64,000 nt of DNA, from NCBI GenBank assembly GCA_964550455.1, contig CAZJZG010000005.1, positions 15,008 through 79,007 of the forward strand, written 5' to 3'. The notes below the pieces were generated by a model. The model did no database searches, had not been told where the DNA came from, and saw only the letters and a list, made by a program, of their open reading frames with translations. Origin of the DNA: an uncultured Bacteroidales bacterium. Lineage in GTDB: Bacteria; Bacteroidota; Bacteroidia; Bacteroidales; JAAYJT01. Shown here piece after piece: positions 1 to 10,447 of this stretch. A program made the position numbers and the translations under genes. Position 1 is the first letter of the stretch; each line of letters starts with the position of its first letter.

Positions 1-2007
1 TAAAACTGTACGGTTAACATTGTAGTTCTTTATATAAGCCGTTTCAGTTTCCGGGTCAGTATATGAAAAGTGTTTAATGTTTTCGTCCACACGTCCGTGT
101 CCTCCAAATTCAGGATCATCAGAATTAAAAATTATCTTATAAGTTCCGGGTTCAGGAACCATGAATTTATAATCAGGGATTGAATTATTTACATGGAAGT
201 TGAAAACAAAGACCAGCCCGCCCTTTTCAAACACCATAGTTTTATTGTCTTCATCCATATTGAGTTGTCTTCCGTATCCGGCATGCAGCAGGTTGTACTT
301 CTTAACCAGTTCAAGCATCTTTTTATCAAAATACAGAAGATATTTATATTTCAGATTTGGATCATCTGCCAGCGACCATTGCCTGCGGGCATACCAGTAA
401 CTCCAGTTATTACCAGCGCGTGGAAAATCAACCCATTCAGGATGTCCGAACTCGTTGCCTATAAAATTCATATATGCCTGACCACCAAGAACAATTGTAA
501 CAAACCTTATCATTTTATGCAATGCAATCCCTCTGTCAATGACGGGATTATTATCATTTACCTGCATGTGATAATACATTTCCTTGTCCATAAGCCAGAA
601 CGCAATTGTTTTATCACCAACCAGAGCCTGATCATGCGATTCGCAATAGGAAACCGTATCAACATCAGGTTTGCGGTTATTCAGCACATTCCATATATCG
701 TTTACGCTCCAGTCTTCATCGCGTTTGGTTTTCAGAGTTTCAACCCAGAAATCCGGAATCCCCATGCCCAGTCGGTAATTAAAACCAATTCCACCTTCAG
801 GTATAGGTTGTGTAAGCCCCGGCATACCAGTTACATCTTCGGCAATTGTAACTGCATCGGGTTTGATGGTATGAATGAGGTCATTGGCAAGTTGCAAGTA
901 TGTAACAGCATCAAACTCAACACCATCAGTAAAGTATTTCCACTGGTCGAATGAGCCTATATTACCATGATGAAAATACATCATTGAGCCAACGCCGTCA
1001 AACCGGAATCCATCAAAATGGAATTCTTCAATCCAGAATTTCAGATTACTGAGAAGAAATCGTAACACTTCAGTTTTTCCGTAATCAAAAAGTTTTGAAT
1101 CCCATTGAGGATGATTCCCCCGTTCACCACCATGACTATATTGAAAATCGGTACCATCGAAAGCATTAATTCCTTCAAGAAAATTTTTAACAGTATGACT
1201 ATGCACCAGATCCATTATCACTGCTAACCCCATTTTATGAGCCGTTTTAATCAGATTTTTTAGATCTTCGGGTGTGCCAAAACGCGAGGATGGAGCAAAG
1301 AAATTAGAAACATGGTATCCAAACGAGCCATAATACGGATGTTCCATTACTGCCATAAGCTGAATGGCTGTATATCCTGCGGCTTTTATCCGTGGAAGAA
1401 TGTTTTTAGTGAATTCATTCCATGTTCCGATTGCAGTTTTTTCCTGAGCCATACCCGGATGGCATTCGTAAATAAGCAGGTTTTTAATTTTTGACAATGG
1501 CGAAGTATCACCTTTCCAGCTAAACTTGTCTTCAAGCCATAATTGACCTGAAAAATTGCTTGAACCTTCATCCTGTATTACTCTGCGGATATATGCCGGG
1601 ATACGCTCGTAACGTCCGTTTGCACCATCAACCAGGACTTTTACCCTGCCCTTATGTACGAATTTTGTTTTGTAAATAGCTTCTGAAAGGAATATCTCCC
1701 AGACTCCAAATTCATTCTTTTTCATAGGGTGAGACTGGTAGTCCCAATCGTTAAAATCGCCGATAAAATGCAGGGCAAAGGCTCCGGGAGCCCATTCGCG
1801 GTAAGTCCATCCCTTGCGTTCAGGGTCGTAATTAATACCAAAATAATTATATGCATCAGCAAACCGGACAAGGCTGCCAAAATCGTTTTCAATTTGTTTA
1901 ATACGCTGACGATAGCGCTCCAGGCGCATCCAGACACCCTCGGCTATGGGTTCGAGCCAGGGGTCTTTTTCAACCAATACAGGAATGGTGAAATGTTTTT
2001 CTCTCAT
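1..2007 (-). CDS. glgB: 1,4-alpha-glucan (glycogen) branching enzyme, GH13_8 eukaryote-like type; C-terminal end runs off the window edge
   Basis: Missing from the supplied ORF track because it stays open to position 1. My reverse-strand translation from the ATG at 2007 reads MREKHFTIPVLVEKDPWLEPIAEGVWMRLERYRQRIKQIENDFGSLVRFADAYNYFGINYDPERKGWTYREWAPGA. It continues through GH13 catalytic regions DLVHSH, GFRFDGVGSMMY, IAEDVTGMPGL and CESHDQALVGDKTIAFWLMD. The + strand ORF 193..954 is its antisense shadow. Confidence 0.85.
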   Translation of the reverse strand, partial: MREKHFTIPVLVEKDPWLEPIAEGVWMRLERYRQRIKQIENDFGSLVRFADAYNYFGINYDPERKGWTYREWAPGAFALHFIGDFNDWDYQSHPMKKNEFGVWEIFLSEAIYKTKFVHKGRVKVLVDGANGRYERIPAYIRRVIQDEGSSNFSGQLWLEDKFSWKGDTSPLSKIKNLLIYECHPGMAQEKTAIGTWNEFTKNILPRIKAAGYTAIQLMAVMEHPYYGSFGYHVSNFFAPSSRFGTPEDLKNLIKTAHKMGLAVIMDLVHSHTVKNFLEGINAFDGTDFQYSHGGERGNHPQWDSKLFDYGKTEVLRFLLSNLKFWIEEFHFDGFRFDGVGSMMYFHHGNIGSFDQWKYFTDGVEFDAVTYLQLANDLIHTIKPDAVTIAEDVTGMPGLTQPIPEGGIGFNYRLGMGIPDFWVETLKTKRDEDWSVNDIWNVLNNRKPDVDTVSYCESHDQALVGDKTIAFWLMDKEMYYHMQVNDNNPVIDRGIALHKMIRFVTIVLGGQAYMNFIGNEFGHPEWVDFPRAGNNWSYWYARRQWSLADDPNLKYKYLLYFDKKMLELVKKYNLLHAGYGRQLNMDEDNKTMVFEKGGLVFVFNFHVNNSIPDYKFMVPEPGTYKIIFNSDDPEFGGHGRVDENIKHFSYTDPETETAYIKNYNVNRTVL

Positions 2008-2129
2008 GTTTCAAGTGATTTTATATTTGGCAAATCTAAAGAAAATGATGGAATACTGATATGGTAAAATAAAATTTTGGAGGTGGACAGGCTAAAACTG
2101 AATTTGTGTAACAAAACATGAACCTGGCA

Positions 2130-3236
2130 TCAATTCAGGTATCTGAACATAAGCTGTGCAACTCTGGCTGACGCACCCGTACCTCCAAGCCTGGTTTCCA
2201 ATTCCTGATAATTGTCTTTTATCTTTTGAATTAGTTCCTGATTAGTGAGGATCTGATCAAGTTCAAATTTTAAATTACTGATGTTTAGTTGTTGTTGTAT
2301 GAGTTCTTTAACAACCGGGCGATACATTATGAGATTGACAAGTGATACATATTTTACATGCACAAGCCTTTTTGCTATCTCGAACGAGATCCGGTTCCCT
2401 TTGTAACAAACCACCTGCACCACCTTGAACAAAGCAGTTTCGAGGGTAGCAGTACCGGAGGTAACAAGAGCGGCAGTGGCAATATTAAGTAAGGGATAAG
2501 TTTGATTGAAAACCAGATCAACATCATATCCTTTTATGATATCTTTATAAAGCGATTCGGGCAACGAACCATAACCGGCAACAACGAATTTGTAATTAGG
2601 AAAGAAAGGAATTATTTTAACCATTACCGAAAGCATTTTTATTACTTCCTGTTTACGGCTGCCGGGTAATATTGCAATAACAGGCTTTCTGGCGTATTTT
2701 TCTTGTAATGATGAATCAGTTTGCTGCTTGAATGAGGAGATTTCATCAAGCAGGGGATGCCCTTGAAATTCAACATCAACTCCGTAGCGCTGATAGAATT
2801 CTTTTTCGAAAGGTAGTATGACAAACATACGATCCACCCATTTTTTGATCTGCGAAATGCGTGATCGTTTCCATGCCCATAACTGAGGTGAGATATAATA
2901 GAATACCCTGATTCCGATTTTTTTTACATATTTTGCAATTCGCAGATTAAAGCCCGGATAATCAATGAGTATCACTACGTCGGGGTTGAACTCCTTTATG
3001 TCTTTTTTACATTTATCCAGAAGTTTACTGATGGTTCGGATATTGGCCAAAACTTCAACAAAACCCATATATGCCATATGCCTGTTGTGAACTACCAGTT
3101 CAGCGCCTTGTTCCTGCATTCTGTCGCCACCCCAGGCCCTGAAAACAGCGTTACTATCTGTTTTTTTAAGCTCACGTATCAGGTTTGATCCATGCAGGTC
3201 GCCTGATGCTTCACCGGCTATCAGATAATACTTCAT
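2130..3236 (-). CDS. lpxB: lipid-A-disaccharide synthase
   Basis: 368 aa. The N-terminus MKYYLIAGEASGDLHGSNLIRELK is the characteristic LpxB (GT19) opening motif, and the length is typical. Confidence 0.9.
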   Translation of the reverse strand: MKYYLIAGEASGDLHGSNLIRELKKTDSNAVFRAWGGDRMQEQGAELVVHNRHMAYMGFVEVLANIRTISKLLDKCKKDIKEFNPDVVILIDYPGFNLRIAKYVKKIGIRVFYYISPQLWAWKRSRISQIKKWVDRMFVILPFEKEFYQRYGVDVEFQGHPLLDEISSFKQQTDSSLQEKYARKPVIAILPGSRKQEVIKMLSVMVKIIPFFPNYKFVVAGYGSLPESLYKDIIKGYDVDLVFNQTYPLLNIATAALVTSGTATLETALFKVVQVVCYKGNRISFEIAKRLVHVKYVSLVNLIMYRPVVKELIQQQLNISNLKFELDQILTNQELIQKIKDNYQELETRLGGTGASARVAQLMFRYLN

Positions 3237-3285
3237 AAACAGGGATATTGGGTTTTAATATAGGTTTGAAAATAGAGATATGGTT

Positions 3286-3576
3286 TTAATGGATGAAAAT
3301 AAAATATAAAATTGTCAGAACAAACATTGTGGCAAGTATTCCACGACCGGTTTTGTCGAATTTTAAACCTGCCATGTAGGTTCGGAAGGGAAAAAGGTTA
3401 ACAAAAATACTTATTACGACCAGTACCTGTTGTCGTAAAAATTTATTGCTGAACGCTTCGGGAAAAATTACTGACAGCAAATGCAAAATTGCGTATGTAA
3501 CCAGGCTAAGTGTAAGGGCAATTAATACCCCAAAAGCAAAATTGTCCTTTCTGAAAAAAAGCTTTATCCGTTCCAT
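3286..3576 (-). CDS. small hypothetical membrane protein
   Basis: 96 aa with hydrophobic segments FGVLIALTLSLVTYAILHLL, VLVVISIFVNLFPF and ILATMFVLTILYFIFI. It lies between surE and lpxB on the same strand. No family recognised. Confidence 0.5.
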   Translation of the reverse strand: MERIKLFFRKDNFAFGVLIALTLSLVTYAILHLLSVIFPEAFSNKFLRQQVLVVISIFVNLFPFRTYMAGLKFDKTGRGILATMFVLTILYFIFIH

Positions 3577-3602
3577 GGTCAGGTTTTATTAATTTTTAAA
3601 GA

Positions 3603-4385
3603 TCAGGATTCATGGCTGAAATCCCATTCAGCCAGCTTGTCTATTGCATGATGGGCGGTAAGGTCAATATGAATGGGTACAACAGCAATGTAATTGTTAT
3701 TCAAAGCCCATGTGTCGGTGTCCTCGTTATTATCAGAACCAACAAAATGACCTGCAAGCCAGTAATAATCGCGTTTATGGGGATCAATGCGCCTGTCAAA
3801 GTTTTCAATCCAGTTGCCCTTGCCTTGCCTCACAATTTTTACACCTTTTATTTCTGAAGGTTTAACATATGGAATATTGACATTCAGACAGGTATAAGGA
3901 GGTAAGCCGTTTTTTAATACATTTCGGGTAATAGTTTCAATATGTTTTTCGAACCCATCAAAATTAGCATTCAATGAGTAATTATCAAGTGAAAAGCCGA
4001 TTGCAGGAATGTTCTCCATAGCTGCATCCATGGCAGCAGCCATAGTGCCGGAGTAAAGAACGTTAACTGAAGCATTGTTCCCATGGTTAATTCCCGAAAC
4101 CACCAAATCGGGTTTTCGTCCAAGTACTACTTTAATTCCCATTTTTACACAGTCAACTGACGTACCGGTACAAGAGAATTCAAGATGACGGTTTTCGTTT
4201 TGGATCTGATGGAGCATAAGCGGAAAAGCCACAGTTACGGCATGGCTCATTCCCGATTGAGGTTTGTCAGGTGCTACAACGGTAACATCTCCAATACGGT
4301 GCATGATATCAATTAGTTTGCGAATACCCGGTGCTGTTATGCCATCATCGTTGGTTATAAGAATAGTAGGACGGTTTTTAGTCAT
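3603..4385 (-). CDS. surE: 5'/3'-nucleotidase SurE
   Basis: ORF 3603..4445. The internal ATG at 4385 gives MTKNRPTILITNDDGITAPGIRKL, the canonical SurE N-terminus (NDDG). GINHGNN and YSGTMAAAM motifs follow. Confidence 0.9.
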   Translation of the reverse strand: MTKNRPTILITNDDGITAPGIRKLIDIMHRIGDVTVVAPDKPQSGMSHAVTVAFPLMLHQIQNENRHLEFSCTGTSVDCVKMGIKVVLGRKPDLVVSGINHGNNASVNVLYSGTMAAAMDAAMENIPAIGFSLDNYSLNANFDGFEKHIETITRNVLKNGLPPYTCLNVNIPYVKPSEIKGVKIVRQGKGNWIENFDRRIDPHKRDYYWLAGHFVGSDNNEDTDTWALNNNYIAVVPIHIDLTAHHAIDKLAEWDFSHES

Positions 4386-4602
4386 GTTATAATGATTTTT
4401 ATTATGATTTGTTCTCAATAATGAATGATTCGTATCAAACTGCAAAAATACGTAAAATACAGGTAAATGAGCATTTTGTTGTTTTGTAACTATGTGGTTT
4501 TGTAGTAAAGCATGTTAAAGGCTGAAAATATATTAACTATGGCTGATTGATTTAATAATAATTGTTTTAAGTTTGCTGCCAGAGAACAAAACACCTGAAT
4601 TA

Positions 4603-6513
4603 ATGAAAACAATTCCTTCATTTTTTGAGCACTACTCAGAGCGTTATAAAAATAACGTAATGATGTGGGAAAAAACAGACGGCTCATACAACGGGCTTAC
4701 TTACAATGAGATGCGCAAACTCGTTTACCGGTTTGCCGGCGGATTGCTAAGCATGAAAATCAATGCCGGCGATCGTGTAGCATTGCTGTCAGAAGGCAGA
4801 AATTACTGGGCTATGAGCGAACTCGGCGTACTTTATTGCAAAGCCATTTGCGTTCCGTTATCAGTAAAACTCGATGAAATTTCGGAAGTGAAATTCCGGT
4901 TGACACATTCGGGGTGTCGTATGGTTATAATATCGGGACAACAGCGGGCGAAAATGTCTGAAATGCTAAAAAAGCTTGAAGATATTGAGAAAATAATACT
5001 TCTTGATCCTGTAGCAGACATGACTGAAAAGGAAATTTACGTTGAAGATGTACTTAAGCTGGGCGATGAGTGGCTTAAAAATAATCCCGATAAGCTTGAA
5101 GGAATCTGGAAATCAGTTCAGGAGAATGATCTTGCTAATATCAGCTATACTTCGGGTACTACTGCCGACCCCAAAGGTATAATGCTGACTCATAGGAATT
5201 ATACTGCCAACGTTGAGCAAGCCGACACTCTGATGCAAATACCTGAACATTACCGTACCTTGCTCATTCTGCCATGGGATCATTCGTTTGGTCACACTGC
5301 TGGTATTTATAGCTTTATTAAAAACGGAGCCAGCTTTGCATCGCTGAAATTAGGCAAAACAGCTATGGAGAGCCTGAAAAATATTCCTTTGAACATAAAA
5401 GAGATACAGCCTGATTTGCTTATGAGTGTACCGGTTCTGGCAAAGAATTTCAGAAACAATATTGAGAAAAATATAAAGGATAAGGGTAAATTGCTCAATG
5501 GTTTGTTCCGGTTCGCACTTAAAATTGCTTATATCTATAATCAGGAGGGTCATAATAAAGGAGCAGGGTTCAGAATATTGTTAAAACCTGTTTACTGGTT
5601 GTTTGATAAGATCATCTTTAAGAAAATACGTGAGGGTTTTGGAGGAAAGCTCAAATTTTTCATTGGTGGCGGAGCTTTGCTCGATATAGAGTTACAAAGG
5701 TTCTTTTATGCTATCGGAATGCCAATGCTGCAGGGTTATGGTTTATCAGAATCTTCACCTATCATTTCTGCCAATGCTTTGCACAGGCATAAGCTGGGTT
5801 CTTCAGGCTTTTTGGTTCAGAACCTTGAACTCAAGATATGTGACGACGATGGAAATTCATTGCCTGTAGGTGAGAAAGGTGAGATAGTTGTAAAAGGTGA
5901 GAATATCATGGCAGGTTATTGGAAAAACGAAAAAGCCACAGAACAGGCATTGCGTGATGGATGGCTTTATACGGGCGATCTGGGTTATATGGACAAGGAC
6001 GGATTCCTTTATGTGCTGGGTAGGTTTAAGAGCCTGCTGATAGGTAATGATGGCGAGAAATTCAGCCCTGAGGGAATAGAGGAAAGTTTGATGAACCATT
6101 CTTTATATATCGAGCAGCTTATGTTGCATAATAATCAGAACCCTTACACTGTAGCACTGATCTATCCGCGTAAGGATGCATTACGTAACTGGTTGAAACA
6201 TAAGCAACTGGATGTTAATAGTGAAGAAGGTCGTATAGCTATGATCAAGGCAATTAACTATGATTTAAATCAGTATCGTAAAGGAGGAAAGAACCAGGGA
6301 GAATTCCCTGAACGCTGGTTGCCAGCAGGATTTGCCATTCTCAGCGAAGGATTTACCGCTGAAAATCAATTGCTGAACAGCACCATGAAAGTGATACGGG
6401 GTCGTGTGACCGAACGTTATAAAAACCTGCTTGATATGCTCTATACCCCTGAGGGTAAAGATATAATGAACGAACATAATAAAGCTGTACTAAAACAGAT
6501 GTTTGAGAAATAA
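4603..6513 (+). CDS. long-chain fatty acid--CoA ligase (AMP-dependent synthetase/ligase family)
   Basis: ORF 4573..6513 opens with TTG; the first ATG is at 4603. AMP-binding signatures are ISYTSGTTADPKGIMLTH, GYGLSESSP and YTGDLGYMDKDGFLYVLGRFK. Confidence 0.85.
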   Translation: MKTIPSFFEHYSERYKNNVMMWEKTDGSYNGLTYNEMRKLVYRFAGGLLSMKINAGDRVALLSEGRNYWAMSELGVLYCKAICVPLSVKLDEISEVKFRLTHSGCRMVIISGQQRAKMSEMLKKLEDIEKIILLDPVADMTEKEIYVEDVLKLGDEWLKNNPDKLEGIWKSVQENDLANISYTSGTTADPKGIMLTHRNYTANVEQADTLMQIPEHYRTLLILPWDHSFGHTAGIYSFIKNGASFASLKLGKTAMESLKNIPLNIKEIQPDLLMSVPVLAKNFRNNIEKNIKDKGKLLNGLFRFALKIAYIYNQEGHNKGAGFRILLKPVYWLFDKIIFKKIREGFGGKLKFFIGGGALLDIELQRFFYAIGMPMLQGYGLSESSPIISANALHRHKLGSSGFLVQNLELKICDDDGNSLPVGEKGEIVVKGENIMAGYWKNEKATEQALRDGWLYTGDLGYMDKDGFLYVLGRFKSLLIGNDGEKFSPEGIEESLMNHSLYIEQLMLHNNQNPYTVALIYPRKDALRNWLKHKQLDVNSEEGRIAMIKAINYDLNQYRKGGKNQGEFPERWLPAGFAILSEGFTAENQLLNSTMKVIRGRVTERYKNLLDMLYTPEGKDIMNEHNKAVLKQMFEK

Positions 6514-6620
6514 GCTTTGATCCCGGAAAAATAAGCGAAGCTTCAGAACTTAGTAGGTGACTTAATATTGATCTGTGATGGTGATTAAGATAAAAATTGT
6601 GTTCTGCTCAATATTTTAGG

Positions 6621-7217
6621 TCAGATGATCTCACAGAACTTAAGTAATTCATTATAAACCCTTTGGATTGGTAATCCCATCACGTTTTGATATGAGCCGG
6701 TAATCTTTCCGATACAGGCATAACCTATCCATTCCTGAATAGCGTAAGCGCCTGCTTTATCGAAAGGTTTAAAGTGGTTGATATAATATTCAATTTCATC
6801 ATTGCGCAGCGAATTGAAAAATACTTCAGTACACTCGTGGAATGTATGATATTTCATGGATGATCGAAGACAAACTCCTGTAATTACTTCATGCCTTTTT
6901 CCTGAAAGTGTTTTTAATGTCTGGCGGGCTTCTCCCTCATCTTTTGGTTTGCCTACATTTTTCCCATCAACCCAGACTATTGTATCTGCTGTTATAAGAA
7001 CAGTTTTGTCATCAGTGAAAATATCGTCAAATGCCTGCGATTTGCGTTCACACAAAAAAACTGCAATTTCCTCTTTTTGCAGGTGAGACGGATAGTCTTC
7101 CCCGATATTTCTGGCTATAACCTCAAAGCTTAACCCCAGTTCACGAAGAAGAAGCTGACGGCGCGGGGAATTTGATCCAAGAATAATACGAAAAGAGTTG
7201 AGTTTTTGGATTAACAT
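6621..7217 (-). CDS. maf: Maf-like nucleoside triphosphate pyrophosphatase
   Basis: 198 aa. ILGSNSPRRQLLLRELGL near the N-terminus and DKAGAYAIQ near the C-terminus are Maf family hallmarks. Confidence 0.85.
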   Translation of the reverse strand: MLIQKLNSFRIILGSNSPRRQLLLRELGLSFEVIARNIGEDYPSHLQKEEIAVFLCERKSQAFDDIFTDDKTVLITADTIVWVDGKNVGKPKDEGEARQTLKTLSGKRHEVITGVCLRSSMKYHTFHECTEVFFNSLRNDEIEYYINHFKPFDKAGAYAIQEWIGYACIGKITGSYQNVMGLPIQRVYNELLKFCEII

Positions 7218-7294
7218 AGGTTCTTGAATATCAATTGTATAAATATTTGTATGTTGCCTTTGAGGTCTTTGTTATATGAAAAGTTGCGATATAT

Positions 7295-8329
7295 TTACTG
7301 CAAAAATATTATTTCCAGTTTAAAAAGCTGAATCCCAAGCAGTCCTGCCACCATAACTATTTTTGCAATGTTTCCGGCGAACCTGAAATCTTTGGTGGTT
7401 TTTGAACGCATGGTCAAAGTCATTAAATAGACAAATAAGCCCTGAACCGTTATCAGGTAATAAAAAAATAGGATTCTGAAATCATGCGTAAGCATTAAAT
7501 ATTGGGCAAATGCCAGTACTATGATTGAAAAAACTATCAAAGTAAAAATGATGTTTTTTGTGACTTTGATCCCCAGCGTCAAAGGCAGAGTCTGGCAGCC
7601 AGCGGCACTATCGCCGTCAATATCTTCAATGTCCTTGATTATCTCCCGGATCAACGTTACGACAAATGCAAAAACAGCATAAAACCAGACTGATACATTA
7701 ATAATAGTATTAATTGATTTTGCAGATACCAGAAATTCAGGATTCTGGGCTTTTGTTAAAAAAAAGTTAAACAGCCATACCAATAATACCGGCATTGCCG
7801 AAAGTAATGAAACCACAAGATTACCTATCAATACCATACGTTTATACTGCAATGAGTACATCCATAGTAATCCTGCAGTTACAGGAAAAATAAACCCAAG
7901 GCTCAGGGCTGAAACTCTGTGAGCAACATGAAAACCGGCTGCTACCCCTATTATATTTAAAATCCAGTATAAGTATAAACCCTGCTTTTTACTGATAAAC
8001 CTACCGATTATAACACGCTCAGGCTTATTGATAATATCAATTTCAACATCAAAATGATCGTTTATGATGTATCCCGCAGCAGTAATCAGAATGGTAGAAA
8101 TTATCAGAATGGCAAAATTTAACCCTGACATGGAAATGAATGGAATCCCGGCTATTTCAGTAAAAGGTATGATGAGAAAGTACTGAAGCAGCACCTGCGT
8201 CAGAATTATTATAAGCAGGTTCTTCCAGCGAACAAGACGAAATAGCGCTCCAAACAGTCTGATATTATCTTTTTCACCGGTGATATTTGCTTTTATTGTT
8301 CTGCGCACTTTATCAGATTTATTTCTCAA
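7295..8329 (-). CDS. UbiA-family integral membrane prenyltransferase
   Basis: 344 aa with many hydrophobic helices. It has the Asp-rich motif YIINDHFDVEIDIINKPERV (NDxxDxxxD) and a second acidic motif IKDIEDIDGD. Confidence 0.75.
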   Translation of the reverse strand: MRNKSDKVRRTIKANITGEKDNIRLFGALFRLVRWKNLLIIILTQVLLQYFLIIPFTEIAGIPFISMSGLNFAILIISTILITAAGYIINDHFDVEIDIINKPERVIIGRFISKKQGLYLYWILNIIGVAAGFHVAHRVSALSLGFIFPVTAGLLWMYSLQYKRMVLIGNLVVSLLSAMPVLLVWLFNFFLTKAQNPEFLVSAKSINTIINVSVWFYAVFAFVVTLIREIIKDIEDIDGDSAAGCQTLPLTLGIKVTKNIIFTLIVFSIIVLAFAQYLMLTHDFRILFFYYLITVQGLFVYLMTLTMRSKTTKDFRFAGNIAKIVMVAGLLGIQLFKLEIIFLQ

Positions 8330-8356
8330 TTGAATTGATTTTTAATGTATTGTGTT

Positions 8357-9292
8357 TCAGGGTTTTTTCTTTCTGTTTACAGTTATGAACCTGTAAATCC
8401 CAGCTACACCTGAGTTACGGTTATATTGCGAAAGTACAACTCCAAAAAGAACCAGAGCAATTCCTATTATTTTACGGGTATCAAAATATTCTTTAAACAA
8501 TATATATGAAGCAATGGCTGTAAAAACCGGAATGAGATTTGAAAAAATATTCGTTTTGCTGATACCAAGGTATTTTGTTGTAACGGTGTAAAAAATAAAA
8601 GCAAGAGATGATGCAAAAAAAGCCAGTAGAACCAGCGATACAATTAACCTTTGATCAGGAATTACAGTGATGAAAGTTTTGAAATCAAAAATCAGGAATA
8701 AGGGCAAAAAATATAATGCTCCTATGAAATTTTGTGTGGCAATTATGGTGAAAGCCGAATAGTGCGTTGTCAACCGTTTTAATACTACCGAATAGCTTAC
8801 CGCCGAAGCAATTGCAAATACTAGAAAAGCAATGCCGGCAGACGAAGCTGCCATACTCAGGTCGGGTTTGATAAGCATAAGCAGAATGCCGGCAAACGAA
8901 ACGAACATTCCCATAATATTCATCCTGCTCAGCCTTTCATTTAATAACAGTATGCCCGCAATGGGCGTAAAAAGTGGGATCGTGGCTATTATTACAGCGC
9001 TTATTGTTGGTGAGGTCAGTTTAAGTCCGAAATTCTCACCCAGAAAATAAAAGAATGGATTGAGCAATGATGAGAGCAGGAATAATTTATAATGCTCCCT
9101 TCGGATCTTGTCTTTTTTAATAAACAATTTTGCTATGACCCATAGTATAAATGATGATAATAGCAGACGTAGGAATATGGTTGCAATGGGGTCATAATAT
9201 TCAAATACAATAGTTGACCAAATGAAGGACATGCCCCAGAAAACCATTGATAGCACAGCCAGCAGATAAACGTAAACGGGTGTTTTATGCAT
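8357..9292 (-). CDS. EamA/DMT-family transporter
   Basis: ORF 8357..9454. The ATG at 9292 (MHKTPVYVYLLAVLSMVFWGMSFIW) begins at the first TM helix and removes the overlap with the divergent GT9 gene. About 10 TM-like segments fall in two similar halves. Confidence 0.7.
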   Translation of the reverse strand: MHKTPVYVYLLAVLSMVFWGMSFIWSTIVFEYYDPIATIFLRLLLSSFILWVIAKLFIKKDKIRREHYKLFLLSSLLNPFFYFLGENFGLKLTSPTISAVIIATIPLFTPIAGILLLNERLSRMNIMGMFVSFAGILLMLIKPDLSMAASSAGIAFLVFAIASAVSYSVVLKRLTTHYSAFTIIATQNFIGALYFLPLFLIFDFKTFITVIPDQRLIVSLVLLAFFASSLAFIFYTVTTKYLGISKTNIFSNLIPVFTAIASYILFKEYFDTRKIIGIALVLFGVVLSQYNRNSGVAGIYRFITVNRKKKP

Positions 9293-9385
9293 AGTTTTCA
9301 GAATTGGCGCAAAGGTAGGGATTTCATTAAAAGGTAAAAGCAGGGAGTTCGTGTATTCTGCTTTTAAGATTTTGAATTTATCAGT

Positions 9386-10432
9386 ATGGATAGAAATGTT
9401 AATTTTGCATGTCATCAAATAAGCTATAAGTTCGAAAAGATACTTGTCATACAAACAGCTTCAATAGGCGATGTAATCCTTGCAACGCCTGTTATTGAAC
9501 AGTTGCATCTTCGTTTTCCGGAAGCACGTATTGATTTTTTACTTAAAAAAGGCACTCACAGCCTTTTTGATGGTCATCCTTTTCTGAATGAGGTTATTGT
9601 ATGGGATAAGAGTAAAAATAAATATCTGAGCTTTTTCAGGATACTCAAAAAGATAAGGCAGAGTCGGTATAATCTGATTATCAATATTCATCGGTTTTTT
9701 ACCAGCGGTTTGATAGTGTTCTTATCAAAAGCAGAAACTACTGTAGGGTTTGATAAAAATCCATTTTCATGGTTTTATACCTATAAAGTAAAGCATGAAA
9801 TTGGTTCAAAAGAAAATTTCATGCATGAAACCATGCGTAATCTTCTGCTGATACGTGAACTTGCAGGACCAGGACAAATAAGACCCAGGTTATACCCCAC
9901 TGAAAGTGATCATGAAGCTGTGAGATCATACGGTGGTACTGAATTTATTACCATTTCCCCGGCTTCTATCTGGTTTACCAAGCAATTTCCAAAGGAACAG
10001 TGGATTAAGTTTATTAAAGCTGTTGATGACAATTACAGTATTTATCTGCTTGGCGGCAAGGATGACAGACAATTATGTGATGAGATCATTAATGAATCAG
10101 GGAAAACCAGAATCCAGAACCTGGCCGGAAAGCTTACTTTTCTCCAGTCGCTTGCGTTGATGAAAGGTGCAGCTATGAATTATGTGAATGATTCAGCACC
10201 CATGCATCTGGCTTCAGCTATAAATGCTCCGGTTACAGTGGTTTTCTGTTCCACGGTTCCGTATTTTGGTTTCGGACCTTTATCAGAAAAATCATTTATA
10301 GTTGAAACCGGGGAGAATCTTGCATGTCGTCCTTGTGGGCTTCATGGAAGAAAGGCTTGTCCGGAAAAACATTTTAAATGTGCTTTGACTATTGATAATG
10401 AACAACTTATACAAACTATAAAAGCTGAATAA
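9386..10432 (+). CDS. glycosyltransferase family 9 (LPS heptosyltransferase-like)
   Basis: 348 aa. ILVIQTASIGDVILATPVIEQL matches the GT9 N-terminal signature, and NDSAPMHLASA lies near the C-terminus. The exact start codon is uncertain. Confidence 0.75.
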   Translation: MDRNVNFACHQISYKFEKILVIQTASIGDVILATPVIEQLHLRFPEARIDFLLKKGTHSLFDGHPFLNEVIVWDKSKNKYLSFFRILKKIRQSRYNLIINIHRFFTSGLIVFLSKAETTVGFDKNPFSWFYTYKVKHEIGSKENFMHETMRNLLLIRELAGPGQIRPRLYPTESDHEAVRSYGGTEFITISPASIWFTKQFPKEQWIKFIKAVDDNYSIYLLGGKDDRQLCDEIINESGKTRIQNLAGKLTFLQSLALMKGAAMNYVNDSAPMHLASAINAPVTVVFCSTVPYFGFGPLSEKSFIVETGENLACRPCGLHGRKACPEKHFKCALTIDNEQLIQTIKAE

Positions 10433-10447
10433 ACAATCAAGACATCT

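Noticed and set aside
193-954. 253-aa + strand ORF at the start of the window, plus other long antisense ORFs (e.g. 20599..21036, 21074..21445, 24372..24674, 29734..30168, 33947..34378)
   Set aside because: Each lies fully inside a well-supported gene on the opposite strand (glgB, parB, parA, gpsA, GH13, O-antigen ligase). Their compositions are odd and they carry no recognisable motifs, so they are shadow ORFs.
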